The notes: generated from the letters alone by a model not told the origin. 20,286 nt of DNA from Paraspadella gotoi (GCA_051294375.1 CM119263.1:27294459-27314744); one strand, 5' to 3'; counted from the first letter of the stretch, positions 1 to 11,589 are shown. Numbers and translations are program-made.

Positions 1-396
1 GGGGGGAAACAAAGTAAACACGAACGTCGAAGAGATTTCCCGATGTCGCAGGAGAGACGCCCGGACGCGGTGGAGTTTCGTGCGGACAGAGGAAAGAGGA
101 CAGAGGAATGAGGAGCGGGGAGGAAGGAGTAAGGAGCGAGGGAGAGAGGAGCGAAAACTGAAAGAGAGGGAATATACAGATAAATGTGGACGACTGGTTA
201 AAGACGCTGTATCGCTAAAGTTTCGTAAAGATTGTAAAAAAAAAAATTGAAAAATAAAATTAAATAAAGGAAATAAATTGAATTACATGAAAAACGTCTG
301 AGAAATAAAAAAAAATAGCTATTTATCAAAAAAAAAAATCTTCAACAAAAATAAAAAATAAAAGCAGAAAAGCATATAAAACAATAAAAAGAAGAC

Positions 397-825
397 AGAA
401 TTAATATTGGAAAGAACGTTAGTTTTCCTTCGCATTGAAAATATATTCACCCCTGTCAAAGAAAGAAAGGAGGACGAGGAGAAAATCTTTACCCCCGGAG
501 GAGAAGGCATCAAAGAATTTATATCGACCATGATGACATTTTCCTGTGGGAAGACCTTTGGGGTCAAGTTATATATAGGCGAGGAGGAGGAGGAGGAGGA
601 GGTGGAGGAAAGAAAAGGAAAAAAGAAAAGAAAAGAGGAAAGGAGGAAGGTGAACGAGAAAACGAGTGAGCGCACGAATGTTTGGTCTTCGTCTGTGAAT
701 TGACTGCGATTCTCGAGAACGAAATTCATGCGTTTGAAGTTTCTTAAAGATTATGTTGTGAATGATTTTACGCACTTTTATTTTAATTGTTAGATTGAAA
801 AGGTAAAGTTCGTGGTTTTTAAATA
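397..825 (-). CDS. Gene B, cluster of three candidate exons (~825-675, ~568-493, 452-~397); product unknown
   Basis: Canonical 40-nt intron 492-453 (GTAAAG...ctttgacag) joins ...LPTGKCHHGRYKFFDAFSSG to GVNIFSMRRKTNVLSNINS in frame. Upstream GTGCGC donor at 674 is followed by a long pyrimidine tract. No family recognised. Confidence 0.5.
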
Positions 826-1173
826 NNNNNNNNNNNNNNNNNNNNNNNNNCAGGATATTTTTAGTTTCAAACAACCTAAAAACATCCTGTAAAGTGTTTA
901 ATATCGTTTGTGGGTTTTTGTATGTTTATATAGACAAAAATAATTGTTATTTTCTCTTTTCTTTGTTTCTTTGTTTCTTTGTTTCTTGTTTCTTTCATTT
1001 TTTTACTTTTTCTATATCTTTCTTTTTTCTTTCTTTCTCTTTTCTTATGATCTTCTTAAAATCTATGTTTTTCTTTATTCTTTCTGTATCTTTCTTTCTT
1101 TCTAATTCTTTCTTTCTTTCTTCTTTCTTTCTTAATCTCTTTCTTTATCTTTCTTTCCTTTCTTTTCTCCTAC

Positions 1174-1597
1174 TGCGCCTTTCGACCTTTTTTTTTTCTT
1201 CCATGTCATACGATTTCCAGAAAAAACGCCAGATTTTTCCGAATGCCTCCCCATCATTTTCGGGTATCCCCCCCCGGGTTTTTCTCATCCTCTTTCTCTC
1301 TCTCTCTCGATCACTCTCTTCATCCTCTCTCTTCTATCACTTGATCGCTCATCTCTCTCGAATTTTTTACTCTTATCTCCTCTCTCCTTCCTCTTCTCTA
1401 CGCATATTTCTCCTCTCTCTCCCTTTTCATCGTTCGGTTCCAACTTTTTTCGCTCGTATCGATTTTGTAAAATAAGAATTAAAAAGTAGAAAAAACACCA
1501 ACATGCCGGAGATTCGTCCTTGGACGAAAAGCGAAAAACGGACTGAATAAATTAGGCAACCCAATAGTACTTTTTTCCGGGGGGTTCATGATCCATT
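1174..1597 (-). CDS. Gene B, two candidate exons (~1597-1503 and 1464-~1174), charged E/K/R-rich segment
   Basis: Minus strand reads MNPPEKSTIGLPNLFSPFFAFRPRTNLRH, then a 38-nt T-rich intron-like stretch (1502-1465), then NRYERKKLEPNDEKGERGEICVEKRKERG... and, after frameshifts in low-complexity runs, ...ENDGEAFGKIWRFFWKSYDMEEKKKGRKA, ending at a GTAGGA donor. Confidence 0.4.
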
Positions 1598-1611
1598 CCG
1601 GTCAGACGAAA

Positions 1612-1875
1612 ATATTAAAAGAAAAAAAAAACCACTGCTTAACGAATTGTACTTTTACCCCTTTTTTTTTTTTTCAATCTAAAAACAATTAAAATATAAA
1701 AAAAGATGCGTAAAAAAAAAAAAAATCATTCACAATCTCAGGAACATATAAATCTTTAAAAAGAAAACTTCAAACTGCATTAATTTATTTCGTTATTCTC
1801 GAGAATCGGTTCGCAGTCAATTTTTTCAAACAACAATCGCAGCATGCAGTCAATTCCACAGACTGAAAAGACCAA
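1612..1875 (+). repeat. Insertion-rich inverted copy of 682-825
   Basis: Blocks ttttcaatct, acaattaaaat, tgcgtaaaa, aatcattcacaa, aacttcaaac, ttctcgagaatcg, gcagtcaatt and agaccaa occur in the same order as in the reverse complement of 682-825. Confidence 0.85.
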
Positions 1876-1898
1876 GGGGAGAGGAGCGAGGTATCCTC

Positions 1899-1980
1899 CT
1901 GTAAACAAAACTAAACCTCAGACAAGAAGATTAAAAATCCAGCCAAGCAAGCATCCAAACAAGCAACCGAGTTGACCCAC
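1899..1980 (-). other. Candidate first intron of gene B (82 nt, GT-AG), probably in the 5' UTR
   Basis: G|GTGGGT donor at 1980 and ttttgtttacag|G acceptor at 1899 on the minus strand. Confidence 0.5.
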
Positions 1981-2067
1981 CAATCGCGCTCCCGATTCTC
2001 TCTTCCCGAGTTTTCTCCACTTTTTTTTCTCTCGTTTTGACCCGAATCGCGAATACACCTTCGCGAC

Positions 2068-2162
2068 GTGACAATCCCCGTGACAACCGCCGTGACAACC
2101 GCTGCGAGTCCGTGACAACCGAAGCGAAAAAAAGAAGAGATTCGAGCGGTAACCATGGAAAC
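2068..2162. promoter_or_regulatory. RFX-type X-box (GTAACCATGGAAAC, 2149-2162) plus four CGTGACAAY half-site repeats (2068, 2080, 2092, 2112)
   Basis: The 14-mer matches the RFX/DAF-19 X-box consensus GTHNYYATRRNAAC exactly. It lies in a CpG-rich patch ~170 bp upstream of the first donor site of gene B. Confidence 0.6.
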
Positions 2163-2595
2163 CGGTGAAGCGGAGAGGAGCGGTCAACGGGGTCGGATTT
2201 TGGGTGGAGGAAGGGAGAGATAGAAGGTGGAAGGAGAGAGAATCTCAGTTGTAAATAAAGCTTTTTAATTTTAAATCAGGATAGAGATTAGAGAGTGGTC
2301 GTACTTGTCATTGCAGAGTATATGTCATTGTCATTGTCATGGTCGTACTTGTCATTGCAGAGGATAAAGTCAAAAGCAAATCTATATTGAGTCTCGTTGC
2401 AGCAGATTTAAATAATGAAGGTAGTCATGCAAAGCTTATTGCATGTAATCGAATCAATTCCACTCAAACCTGTTTGAAAGTAAGTAGTAAGTTCATTCGG
2501 TAAAAGAGATGACAAGGGTGTACAGTTGTACTACTCGGCATTATTCTTGCAGTTGTACTTTAAAATAATTTTAATTTGTCGTTTAGTGGTTTAAA

Positions 2596-2691
2596 TTACG
2601 GATTCTTAAAATTTGGTCCGCGAGATGCGTTCTTCCGAGAAAAGGTCTCAGCCAACATGGACGCCCGGTCGTCAAGGAGACAGGAGTTCAT
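2596..2691 (-). CDS. Gene A, candidate terminal exon
   Basis: Complex sequence after a (GTC)n tract. A phase-1 join with the exon ending at 3520 gives ...IPIEL-DELLSP* (stop 2674-2672) or, with one indel, ...DDRASMLAETFSRKNASRGPNFKNP* (stop 2598-2596). Confidence 0.35.
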   Translation of the reverse strand: MNSCLLDDRASMLAETFSRKNASRGPNFKNP

Positions 2692-3132
2692 TTGCGACAA
2701 AACCGACGACGACGTCGCCGACGACGAAGACGACGACTATGAAGACGACAACGACGACGACGAGGACAAAAACTAAAATAACCCGAAAGAGAAGTTCAGA
2801 TTCTCTCTCCTTCCAAGAAAAAGCTTTCCTTGTCTTCAGCCTTATCTTTTTAACAACGCTACTGTTACCCCACCCAATTCCTCGCATAACCTCCCAAAAC
2901 CTACCCTAGCTGAGACCCTACCCAACCCCATCAAAATCATCCCCGGTCCAAAACCCCATTCCATGTCTCGGCTCTATCCTCCAGTCCCTTTCAAAGGTCT
3001 CTTTAACGATGCGCAGACCTTCGCGCCTAATAACGATTACGTCAGCGTTTAGATTATTTCTTTCTTTTGATTCTCTTTTATTTTTATGTCCTGTCACTTG
3101 GCAAAATTCTTAGGGTTGAGATAAGAAAAAGG

Positions 3133-3133
3133 A

Positions 3134-3217
<84 letters not shown>

Positions 3218-3231
3218 CAGACAGACAGACA
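3133..3231 (+). repeat. (GAAA)n then (GACA)n compound microsatellite
   Basis: About 20 perfect GAAA units followed by 4 GACA units. Confidence 0.97.
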
Positions 3232-3389
3232 GAGAGTTTTAATATTATTTAAGTGGAACATGGGTTCTAACTTGTTTACTTTTGGTCGTTTGTTATTTTA
3301 TATACAAAATGACATTACAAGAACTTCGTCTGCTTTAGGCAAAAAATTTGATCTATCGTTTTGCGGCAGTCTTCTTCGCTTCTCAAACC

Positions 3390-3446
3390 CTCTCTCTCTC
3401 TTCTCTCTTCTCTCTCTCTCTCTCTACAATCATACAAATCTCCTCT

Positions 3447-3482
<36 letters not shown>

Positions 3483-3511
3483 CCTCATCTCTCCCTTCTC
3501 TCTCTTCTCTC
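3390..3511 (+). repeat. Imperfect (CT)n microsatellite
   Basis: Directly visible; intronic in the gene A model. Confidence 0.95.
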
Positions 3512-3519
3512 CCCCATAC

Positions 3520-4137
3520 CAAGCTCGATGGGGATTCTTTCTCTCGTTCTGACATTTGGATCCAAACAAAAGATTCCAATACTTCGCGGAGTCACCTTCG
3601 CTTTGCCCCTTGAAATGCGACCTTTGGGCGCTGGGGACGAGGGAAGCGGGTGCTGCCACGATGGTCTATTACATCCGGGAACCAACTTGAGGGTATTCGC
3701 TTTTTCGGGTTAAATACTGGTTGATATTGGGAATATCACGTAATAAATTTTATTAGCTGAAATAATTTGTTTCGCGTTTCTATTACATCCGGGTTCCCAG
3801 TATTCCAGTATTAAACTTAACTTTCCATCTTCCTCGACCACCCGGCGTTTTTCCTTTCCATCGATCCCGGGGTTGAGCTCCGCTATTCCAATACTACATC
3901 CCGGAGAGAGACGGACAATGGATGTCGGCGCCGGTCGAGCCGACAAAAAAAGATGGCGGCGCCCGAGGGATGGAACCGCGATGGAACCGCTGTCGGGAAT
4001 AGGGTAAGGTAGGGTCAGTTCGTCTCCATTCTTCAGGATCTGTCACACCTTTTCTTTTCTTCCGTCGAGAGGTTTTGACGTCGGCAGGAAAAGAGAGGTA
4101 TGTGGGGGGGACAAGGCCGCTTCATGACTTATCTCTA
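3520..4137 (-). CDS. Gene A, large candidate exon (618 nt, phase 1-1); product unknown
   Basis: Acceptor ttcttcataatcag|TA and donor CTTG|GTATGG. One frame reads EISHEAALSPPHTSLFLPTSKPLDGRKEKV*QILKNGDELTLPYPIPDSGSIAVPSLGRRHLFLSARPAPTSIVRLSPGC...RERIPIEL with two in-frame stops, attributable to sequence error, an internal intron or decay. Confidence 0.5.
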
Positions 4138-4319
4138 CTGATTATGAAGAAAAAGTAAGGAAAAGGCTTTTTTCTTTTTGAAAGGAAAAGGAGCTGCTCT
4201 GCTTGACTTTTCTTGACTTGATTGAGAAGGAGAGAAAAAAGCCTTTTTTTAGGGACTTCGCTTAGTCTCTCCAATTTCATCACGTTCTTCCTCCTTCTCC
4301 GTTCTTCCTCATCCTCTTC

Positions 4320-4629
4320 CCATCCGACCTCCCAATCTCCTTGTTTCCTGACCCATCGTCGTCCGCGGATGCGACGAATGAGTTTTCTCAGATCTGCATT
4401 CGGACTGGTGCCACGCCCACCCTTCGTCCCCTCCCCCCACGTGTTTGCCCCCCGGTCCGCCACCGAAACCAATCGACGCACTCTAGTTTTATTATCTAAC
4501 CTTTTTTTTCTTTTTCTTTTTTATAATATTTCTCTTTGCCTCCTACTTTTTCTTTCCTCTCCCTCGCATACTTTCCCACGTCTTACTCTTCTCCTCTTTA
4601 CTCATCTCTCTCTCTTCTCTCTCTCTCCT

Positions 4630-4662
<33 letters not shown>

Positions 4663-4935
4663 TTACTCTCTCTCTCTCTCTCTTCTCTCTCATCTCTCTT
4701 CCTCTCTCTCTTCTCTACTCTCTCTCTCTCCCATGGTTATACTCGAGTATTGCGTGCGATGGAAGCCTATGGTGTCCGGCCACCGAGCCCTTTGTCCACC
4801 ATGGCCGGACCACGTCCGCCGCAGCCAATCTTTAGCCGCGCGGGACTCGATGGGTCGCGGATCGCGAGAAAAAAACTCTGATCGGGAGAAATCCGCAGGA
4901 ATCAAACAGGACTACGTCGGAGATCGGTGATGATT
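4320..4935 (-). CDS. Gene A, two further exon-like GC-rich islands (~4320-4482 and ~4735-4935) separated by a (CT)n tract
   Basis: High-complexity GC-rich islands between low-complexity tracts, with several frames open. Frame and splice sites unresolved; strand assigned from context only. Confidence 0.25.
4600..4731 (+). repeat. Imperfect (CT)n microsatellite
   Basis: Directly visible. Confidence 0.95.
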
Positions 4936-6234
4936 TGCGGAACATTGTTTTATGTTTTCTCTTTGGGTGCTTCTTTCATTTTAAATTATTTCACTAATAA
5001 TTTTTTTTTGTGGCTGAAAACTACTCATAGTTATAAAATTACTTTTGGTAATACATAGGGCTATTGTCTCTACCTAAAAACTGATGTAACGCAGATCAAA
5101 AAATTGAAAAAGAGATGAGAGAGAGAGAAGATGAACTTAATTACAATGTTTGATATTGTTTTTAACATCATTCGTTTTTCTAGTTATCTATTTTTGCTTG
5201 TAAAAATCAAGATTTTAATGTTAATATTAAAATTAGTTAATAGGCGTATGAGGGCGAAAAAAAATTTGTTTAACAAAAAAAATATTAAAAAAATTTTAAA
5301 TTCAGTTGCACAAAATTGATCATTATTAAAAAATAACTGAAACGTTTGCCTGTTTGTATTACATTTTTTAAAGAAACTAACAAAATTAAACAGAATCGAA
5401 GCAAAGTCCAAAACTTGTTTGCGGCGCTGTGATTTCTCTTACACCAAACACTTCCTTTTACTATAAATAATTTTTTTGGAATAAGTCTAAGCCAAGTTTT
5501 TACCCTGTCTTTTTGTGTCTGGGGAAAGCTTGCCTTATGCGCCGAAATTGTATTTTGAGAGGTCCCTTTAACCAGAGAGTGGAAGAGTGCGAGCAAAGCT
5601 GAAACAAAAGCCCGAGCAAAACATGTTGTCTGGAATATCTTTAAGATGGAATCCCTAAGCAATTTTCGCCTGCCAGTATTCTTTTTTAAGGCATTTTTTA
5701 AATCATTTATAATAGAAATTGTAATTTTTTTTTGTTTCAGTTTTAAAAAATATTAAATACAAATGATTACAAATGAGAAAATTATAAGAAAAATAGAACA
5801 ATAATTATGGGAAAAAAGAATAATGTCAGAAATTCAAAAATCATTAGAAGATAGAAAATTTAAAAAAAAATAAATAAATAGAGAGAAGAGAGAAGAGTCT
5901 GTGACCACTATTTTTTTTCACAAGTCAATTGATTTATTTATTTCCATTCCTTTTTTTATTTATTATTTTTATTTTTTCATTTATTTTTTCTATTTTTTTT
6001 CTTTTAAGATTAAAGGAAAGAGAGAAAAAGAGTTCGGATTCCGCGACTTATCAGGCTATTCTCTCTCTTNNNNNNNNNNNNNNNNNNNNNNNNNAAAAAA
6101 AATCGAAACGAAAAAAACCAATCTACTTTAGCATTTACATTTATTTTAATGTGCAAGACTAAATACATAAAAAGATTAGTTTCATGAAGGAAGATTTAAT
6201 ATTTACAAGGACCGAAGATGCAAAGGAGGGAGAA

Positions 6235-7048
6235 GGGGCAAGATAGCTTATTTATTAAATGAATGGATAAAGCTTATTATTAAAATGAAATGGATAATTT
6301 TTTATATTGGTTTTTTGTACCAATTTCATTAAAATTCAGCTCCTTGTTTATTTTTGATCGGCTTAGCAGAGCCGGAGTACAATAAGTATTCCCCGATTAC
6401 GATCGGGTGAGTTGGTCTTTTCATACATTGAAAACAATTCTTGAAATTTTCACTTCATTGAATAGGCGAAGCCGGGTGTACTCTCGGGAGTGAATATAAA
6501 CGGGACTGTACGAGGAGTTCTTGATTGACAAGCTTGAAAGAGAGAAACCTGCTATGTATTATCTTGTAAGTTTGTTTGATGGAAGGCCTTAAACCACCAA
6601 AGCCTGTCCAAAGTCAGGGGCAAGAATAGCTTATTTATTTTAATAGAATGGATATAATTTTAATATGGTTTCTGCCTGTTAACCAATTTTCATAAAATTC
6701 AGCCCCTTCGTATTTTGATGCCTAGAGCGGGAGTACAATAAAGTATTTCCTCCGAACTTCTAATACTTAAGCGGAGTGCGTCTTTTCATACATTGAAACA
6801 TTCTTTGAAAATTTTCCACTTTCATTGATAGGAAGCCGGGCTACCTCTGCTCTGGGAGTTGAATTAACGAGATCTTGTGAGAGAGTCTTGGAATTGAAAG
6901 CTTGCAGGGACCTGCCCCTATGTATATTATTGTTAAGAGTGATGGAGACTCTGTTCTCTTAATACCACCTAAAGGCCCTGCTCCAACAGGGGTCAGATGT
7001 AAATATTAAATGAATGGATTGATAATTTTAGTGTACCTAATAATTAAA
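6235..7048 (+). repeat. Tandem repeat, ~375-380 bp unit, two full copies plus a partial third
   Basis: Unit start ggggcaaga(a)tagcttatttatt at 6235 and 6617, degenerate at ~6989. Internal blocks ggagtacaataa, gtcttttcatacattgaaa, gaagccggg and aagcttg recur at the same period. Confidence 0.9.
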
Positions 7049-10000
7049 CCGACGACGCATCCCGGAACACTCTATATCCGGATCGACAACGGATAAATAG
7101 TGCACGAGACTGAAACAAAGAATATATCGTACGCGAAAACTGGTATCCATCCTTTTTTTCCATGCCACATCCCTCCTTGACATCTGCCCCTCTCTCCCCC
7201 CTTGCGCCCCCCTCAGCCCCCCCTCCCCCTTTTGCCCCCTTGGCCTTTGCAACTTCTCCCTTCCGCATGGCGCCGGGGTAAAGGCCACTTGGCCCCTTCT
7301 CCCCTTGGCATCATCCCCCCCCCCTCTCCTCTTGCCAACAGGGGGTAAAGGCCAACTTTGGCCCCCTTCTCCCCTTGGCATCACCCATCTCTTCCCCTCG
7401 GCCGGGGGGCGTTAAAAGGCCCGTTGGCCCCTTCCCCCACTTACATCACCCCCCTCTCCCCCTCGGCCGCGGGGGTAAAGGCCCCTTTGGCCCCTTCCCC
7501 CACCTTGGCATCACCCCCCTCTCCCCTCCGGCCGGGGCGGACGCGACGCGGGGGCGTAACGGCCCCTCCAGCCCCTTTCCCCTAACATCACCCGCCCTCT
7601 CCCTTCGGCACTGGGGGGGTAAAGGCCCCCTTGGCCACCTTCCCCTCCTATCATCACCCCCCCTCTCCCCTCGGCCGGCGGTAAGGCCCCCTTGGCCCTT
7701 CCCCCACCTTGGCATCACCCCCTCTCCCTCGGCCGCGCGGGGGAGGGTAACGGCCCCTCGGCCCCTTCCCCCACCTTTGGCATCACCCCCCTCTCCCCTC
7801 GGCCGGGGGGGTAAGCGCCCCTCGGCCCCTCCCCCACCTTGACATCACCCCCCCTCTCCCCTTGGCCGGGGGACGCGGGGTAACGCCCCCTCGCCCCCCT
7901 CCCCCTTCTCCCCTCGCGCCGGGCGGTAACGGCCCCTTGGCCCCTTCCCCCCCCTCTCCCCTCTGGCCGGGGTCGCGGGGGTGGGTTTGGGGTAAAGGCC
8001 CCTCGCGCCCCTGTCCCCCCCTCTCCCCTCGGCCGGGGGTCGGTAAAGGCCCCTCGGCCCCCTTCCCCCCCTCTCCCCTCGGCCGGGCGGGGGTAACGGC
8101 CACACGCTCGGCCTGGAAAGAAGCAGAATAGTCGTCGAAGTCGACGAAGAGGAAGACCTTTGGGTTGATTGGAATGCCGAGGAGACATTCGCATGAAGGA
8201 GGGCAGAAGCTTTTAGTAGAATGGCAGAATAGGGAGATAAGCATGAAGGCCCGCGGGTGGCAGGAAGAAGGGAGACTTTGTCAGGTAGCGCGTCAATGGA
8301 AACCAAGCTGAGAGGTTGACAGGAATGGCGCCACGTAGAGTGGCGTGAGACGGTATCGGAATGGCGGAGAAAGACAATTGACATTGGGAGTTTAAGGCGA
8401 CGGGTAGAGAATTTCCTGAGAAACAGGAAAGGTTTCGAAAACTGGCCGCCTAGGACAGCGAATGCTGCTCCGATGCTTTTGAAAACCCGCATGGCGTAAG
8501 CGAGAAATTCGAGTCTGATAAAGGATTGGATCTTACTGCTCGGTTGCTTTGATTCTTTTTGTGTTCTTATGGTTCGACATTAATAGTTCTGAGAAGAATG
8601 ATCAACCTCGAAGTCTTCGATCATAGGGACGAGGTCAACTGGTCAAGTGCCACCGAGATGGAAAATTGTGAAAATTTTCTTTATCTTTTTTCATCTTGAA
8701 ATGAGAGGAAAGGAACGCGAATCGTTTTGTTGAGAATCCCAGTTCTTCAATCTTCAGTAAATTAATAAACAGCAATAAATTCTTTTATTTTTATTGCTTC
8801 TTTCGTCTATTTTCTTTTCTTTCCCATTTATTTTTCTTTCCAAATTTTTACTTCCCTAAAAACCTTCGAATCCATGAAACCAATTTTTTTTTAACGAAAC
8901 TAAATTGGTTTTTACTAGCTATATTTTTATTTTTCAATCTATTTCAAAATCAACAGAAGACCAGCCTCTCACCAAACCTCAAGATCCTTACGCCATTTTT
9001 GAATGTCGATAAACGACCGTTCTGGGGCGAATCTTCATCGTTCTTTATGTTTTTAATCAACTACGATTCGCCCTTTTTTTTCTTTCCGCGTTTTTTTTGT
9101 TCTTGCAAATGACATTCCGTATGCGCAATCTGTTTTTAGGCGATGATTATGGTTTTGGCTCGTCGTCGTTGTTTGTGTCGTTCCGTCCGTCGTTCGTGTC
9201 GTTCGTCGTCGCCATCCTTGTCCCTAGTTCTGTTTCTGCGTCATTCTTGAATTGACCGAGAACGACGACGACCAAACCGACGACGACCCCGACGAACGAA
9301 CCAGACATACGCTGAGAAAACGCTCCGAGCGTCGGTTGGCATCTGTTGCATGCGCCGGACGGCCATCCGCGGGTGCCGGTTGCCGGGCGGAGGAAGGCTG
9401 CGGGCGCTCCGAGGGGCGTCCGAGTCTGAGCGGCCGGGCGAAGAAGGGCCCCCGGAAACTCGGCGGCGCCCATTTTTTCGCCTCTCAGCGGAAAAATTCA
9501 AAATTCTCTCTTCGGAATGCGGAAGTTGGGCGAGATGAGCGAAAAGCAAGAGAAAAACGAGAGAAAAAACGAGAAAAATGGTGTTTTCCATTGACCGACG
9601 ATGAGTCGCCGGGAAAATTGCTTTTCTTTCTTTTTCGGTTTCGTTTTGTTTTCGTTTTTTGTTTTTTTTTCCAAAACTTTTTACGAGAGTCATGGGGTTA
9701 ATGTTTGGGAAAATTTCTCAGGCCCTTACCCTCGAAAAAAAAAAATCTAACCATTTGCTTGCTTAACCTGGTATATATGTTGTATATAACATGTTATCAT
9801 TTTTTGACTTAACTTATGGTTTCGTTTGCGTCTTCTTTCACTCGCTTTACGACCCCCAATCCAATATCGACTTCACATCACAGATCGATCCGGAGCAAAC
9901 GAAAAATGACCGGACAAAAGTTAGTCGCAACAATGAGGAGAAAAACGACGAGACGAGAGAGACAGAGAGAGACGATGAGAGAAGAGAGAGCAGAGAGAGG

Positions 10001-10710
10001 ACAGAGAGGAGGAGCGAGGAGGAGAGAGAGAGAGAGAGCAGGAGAGAGAGCGAGAGAAGAGAGAAGAACGAGAGAGAAGAGATAGAGAAGATAGACAATA
10101 AGAAAGAGACCATAAGACCAAAAAACAATAAGACGCCGGCAATAAGAACACGCTCCCCGTCTAGTTGCGAATCTTTCCCGACCCCGGCGCGTCCGGCCAT
10201 CTCGATACCGGCCGTCCGCGCATCGATATCCGGCGGTCGTTCATTTCCTTTCTAGATGGCCGGCCGTTCCATCAAAGGGATGCGCGCCATTCCATCAGGG
10301 AACGATTGTAACTGCCGCCGGGCGGAAATCGTTAACATTCTTCCGCGCCGGTAATGAGGAGAGGGAATGATAGAGAGGACGGAGGAGAGGAAGGAAGAGA
10401 GAAGTAAAAGAAGGTGAGAGAAGATGGCAACAATAGACAAGCAAAAGAGAAAAAGAGAGGTAAAAGAGCGGTTGAGGATGAGAAAAGATGTCGAACTATA
10501 GAAAAGAAAAGGAAACAAAAAAATTCGGAAAGGAAAAGGGAAAAAAAGGGCAAAAGAAAGAGAAAGGGAAATCAGGTGCCGAAATGAATCCGAGGCAGCA
10601 TACCGCAATGCCACAAAACAAGAGAGAAGATAGGTGAAGAAAAGAAAAGTAAAGAAAAAAGAAAAGAATTAAAGGAGAAGAGACAAGCTCGAGATTCCAT
10701 CACCTGCGAC
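7015..10710 (+). repeat. Copy 1 of a ~3.7-kb direct duplication (noisier copy)
   Basis: Colinear with 10917-14590, for example aaaccgacgacg (7046/10951), gccacacgctcggc (~8098/~12217), ggcatctgttgcatgcgccgg (~9338/~13360) and gacaagctcgagattccatcacc (~10684/~14563). Confidence 0.95.
7170..8100 (-). repeat. GC-rich ~60-bp minisatellite, about 15 units, probably coding (LPPAEGRGGDAKVGEGAKGP-like)
   Basis: Minus-strand consensus read by eye: TTACCCCCGGCCGAGGGGAGAGGGGGTGATGCCAAGGTGGGGGAAGGGGCCAAGGGGCCT. Confidence 0.9.
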
Positions 10711-11177
10711 GTTAAATGCGAAATTCGCTTCGTTAACTCGATTCCGAGGAAGAGGAGTACAGAGAGAGACGAGCAGAGGAGGAGAGAGGACGAGAGAGAG
10801 AGAGACGAGAGAGAGAGAGAGCACGAGAGAGTAGAGCAAATTGGAAGGCGAGAAGGAAGCGACAGCAGAGAAAAGGGATCTCTTCTCTTTTNNNNNNNNN
10901 NNNNNNNNNNNNNNNNGGATAATTTTTATATTGGTTGTACCAATTTCATAAAACCGACGACGATCCCGGAACACAACGACGACAACGAAAATAGAGACGA
11001 CGAACAAAAAGAAGATCGCGACGAAAACATCCATCCTTTTTTCCAAGAATCGCGATCGCAAAAAAATAATATCATTTACCTTGGTTTTCCATGCATACCG
11101 GCCATCACTCCCTTTTATATTCCAATTGGTAGGAACATCAATTATGAATAAATTATTCAAAAAAAAAAATGGACCAC

Positions 11178-11589
11178 CTGGTCGGTCCTTGACATTCGCG
11201 CCGTCTCTCTCTCCTCGTTTCCTCGGTTTGCCCGGGGCCTTGGATCAGCCGGGCTTCTCCCCCGGCCCTCGGGCGCTCCGCTTTGGAGCTTCCCTGACAG
11301 TTCCGGACTTCTCCGTTCCGTTCCTCCTTTCACCGATGCGTGGATAGCAGAAGGCAAAACCCCTCCTGGAATCTCCTTTCCCACTCGGTGATCGGCACTT
11401 TGATTTGTATTGTTACAATATCAAGCAAAGTCTGTCGGCGGTTGTTGGATAGGGTCTTACATGCGTGTTGATTTCCGGAGCTGCACGGATGATGGTTAAA
11501 AAGGGGTCGCGAAGACTTGTGCCCGGGGACTAATCCTTCGGTTTCGACCCTTGGGGCATGCATGTCGGGAATTGGAATTTAAACCTTGG
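11178..11589 (-). CDS. Gene A, candidate exon (present only in copy 2)
   Basis: Acceptor gttgtgttttcag at 11590 and donor CAG|GTGGTC at 11177. Overlapping ORFs MHAPRVETEGLVPGHKSS... and ...GGTERRSPELSGKLQSGAPEGRGRSPADPRPRANRGNEERETARMSRTDQ fill the interval, with frameshifts. Confidence 0.5.

Noticed and set aside
894-1475. Phe/Leu/Ser-rich plus-strand ORF resembling a membrane protein, and similar ORFs over (CT)n/(GA)n tracts elsewhere
   Set aside because: These are translations of stop-free pyrimidine or purine tracts.
2296-2362. 23-bp direct repeat tggtcgtacttgtcattgcagag
   Set aside because: A simple local slippage duplication around (gtcatt)n with no further structure.
2692-3519. Complementary (GA)n and (TTTC)n tracts within one intron, recalling repeat-paired structured introns
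   Set aside because: The arrangement is seen in this intron only; other introns carry just one tract type, and both repeats are abundant.
3710-4050. In-frame TGA/TAA as stop-codon recoding
   Set aside because: The error rate evident from the duplicate copies is enough to explain isolated stops, and no single stop codon is used consistently.
5285-5662. 125-aa minus-strand ORF, possible transposon fragment or exon
   Set aside because: No recognisable motif, terminal repeat or convincing splice-site pair.
7170-8100. CRISPR array or collagen-like gene
   Set aside because: Units are contiguous with no unique spacers, there is no cas gene, the context is eukaryotic, and there is no sustained Gly-X-Y register.
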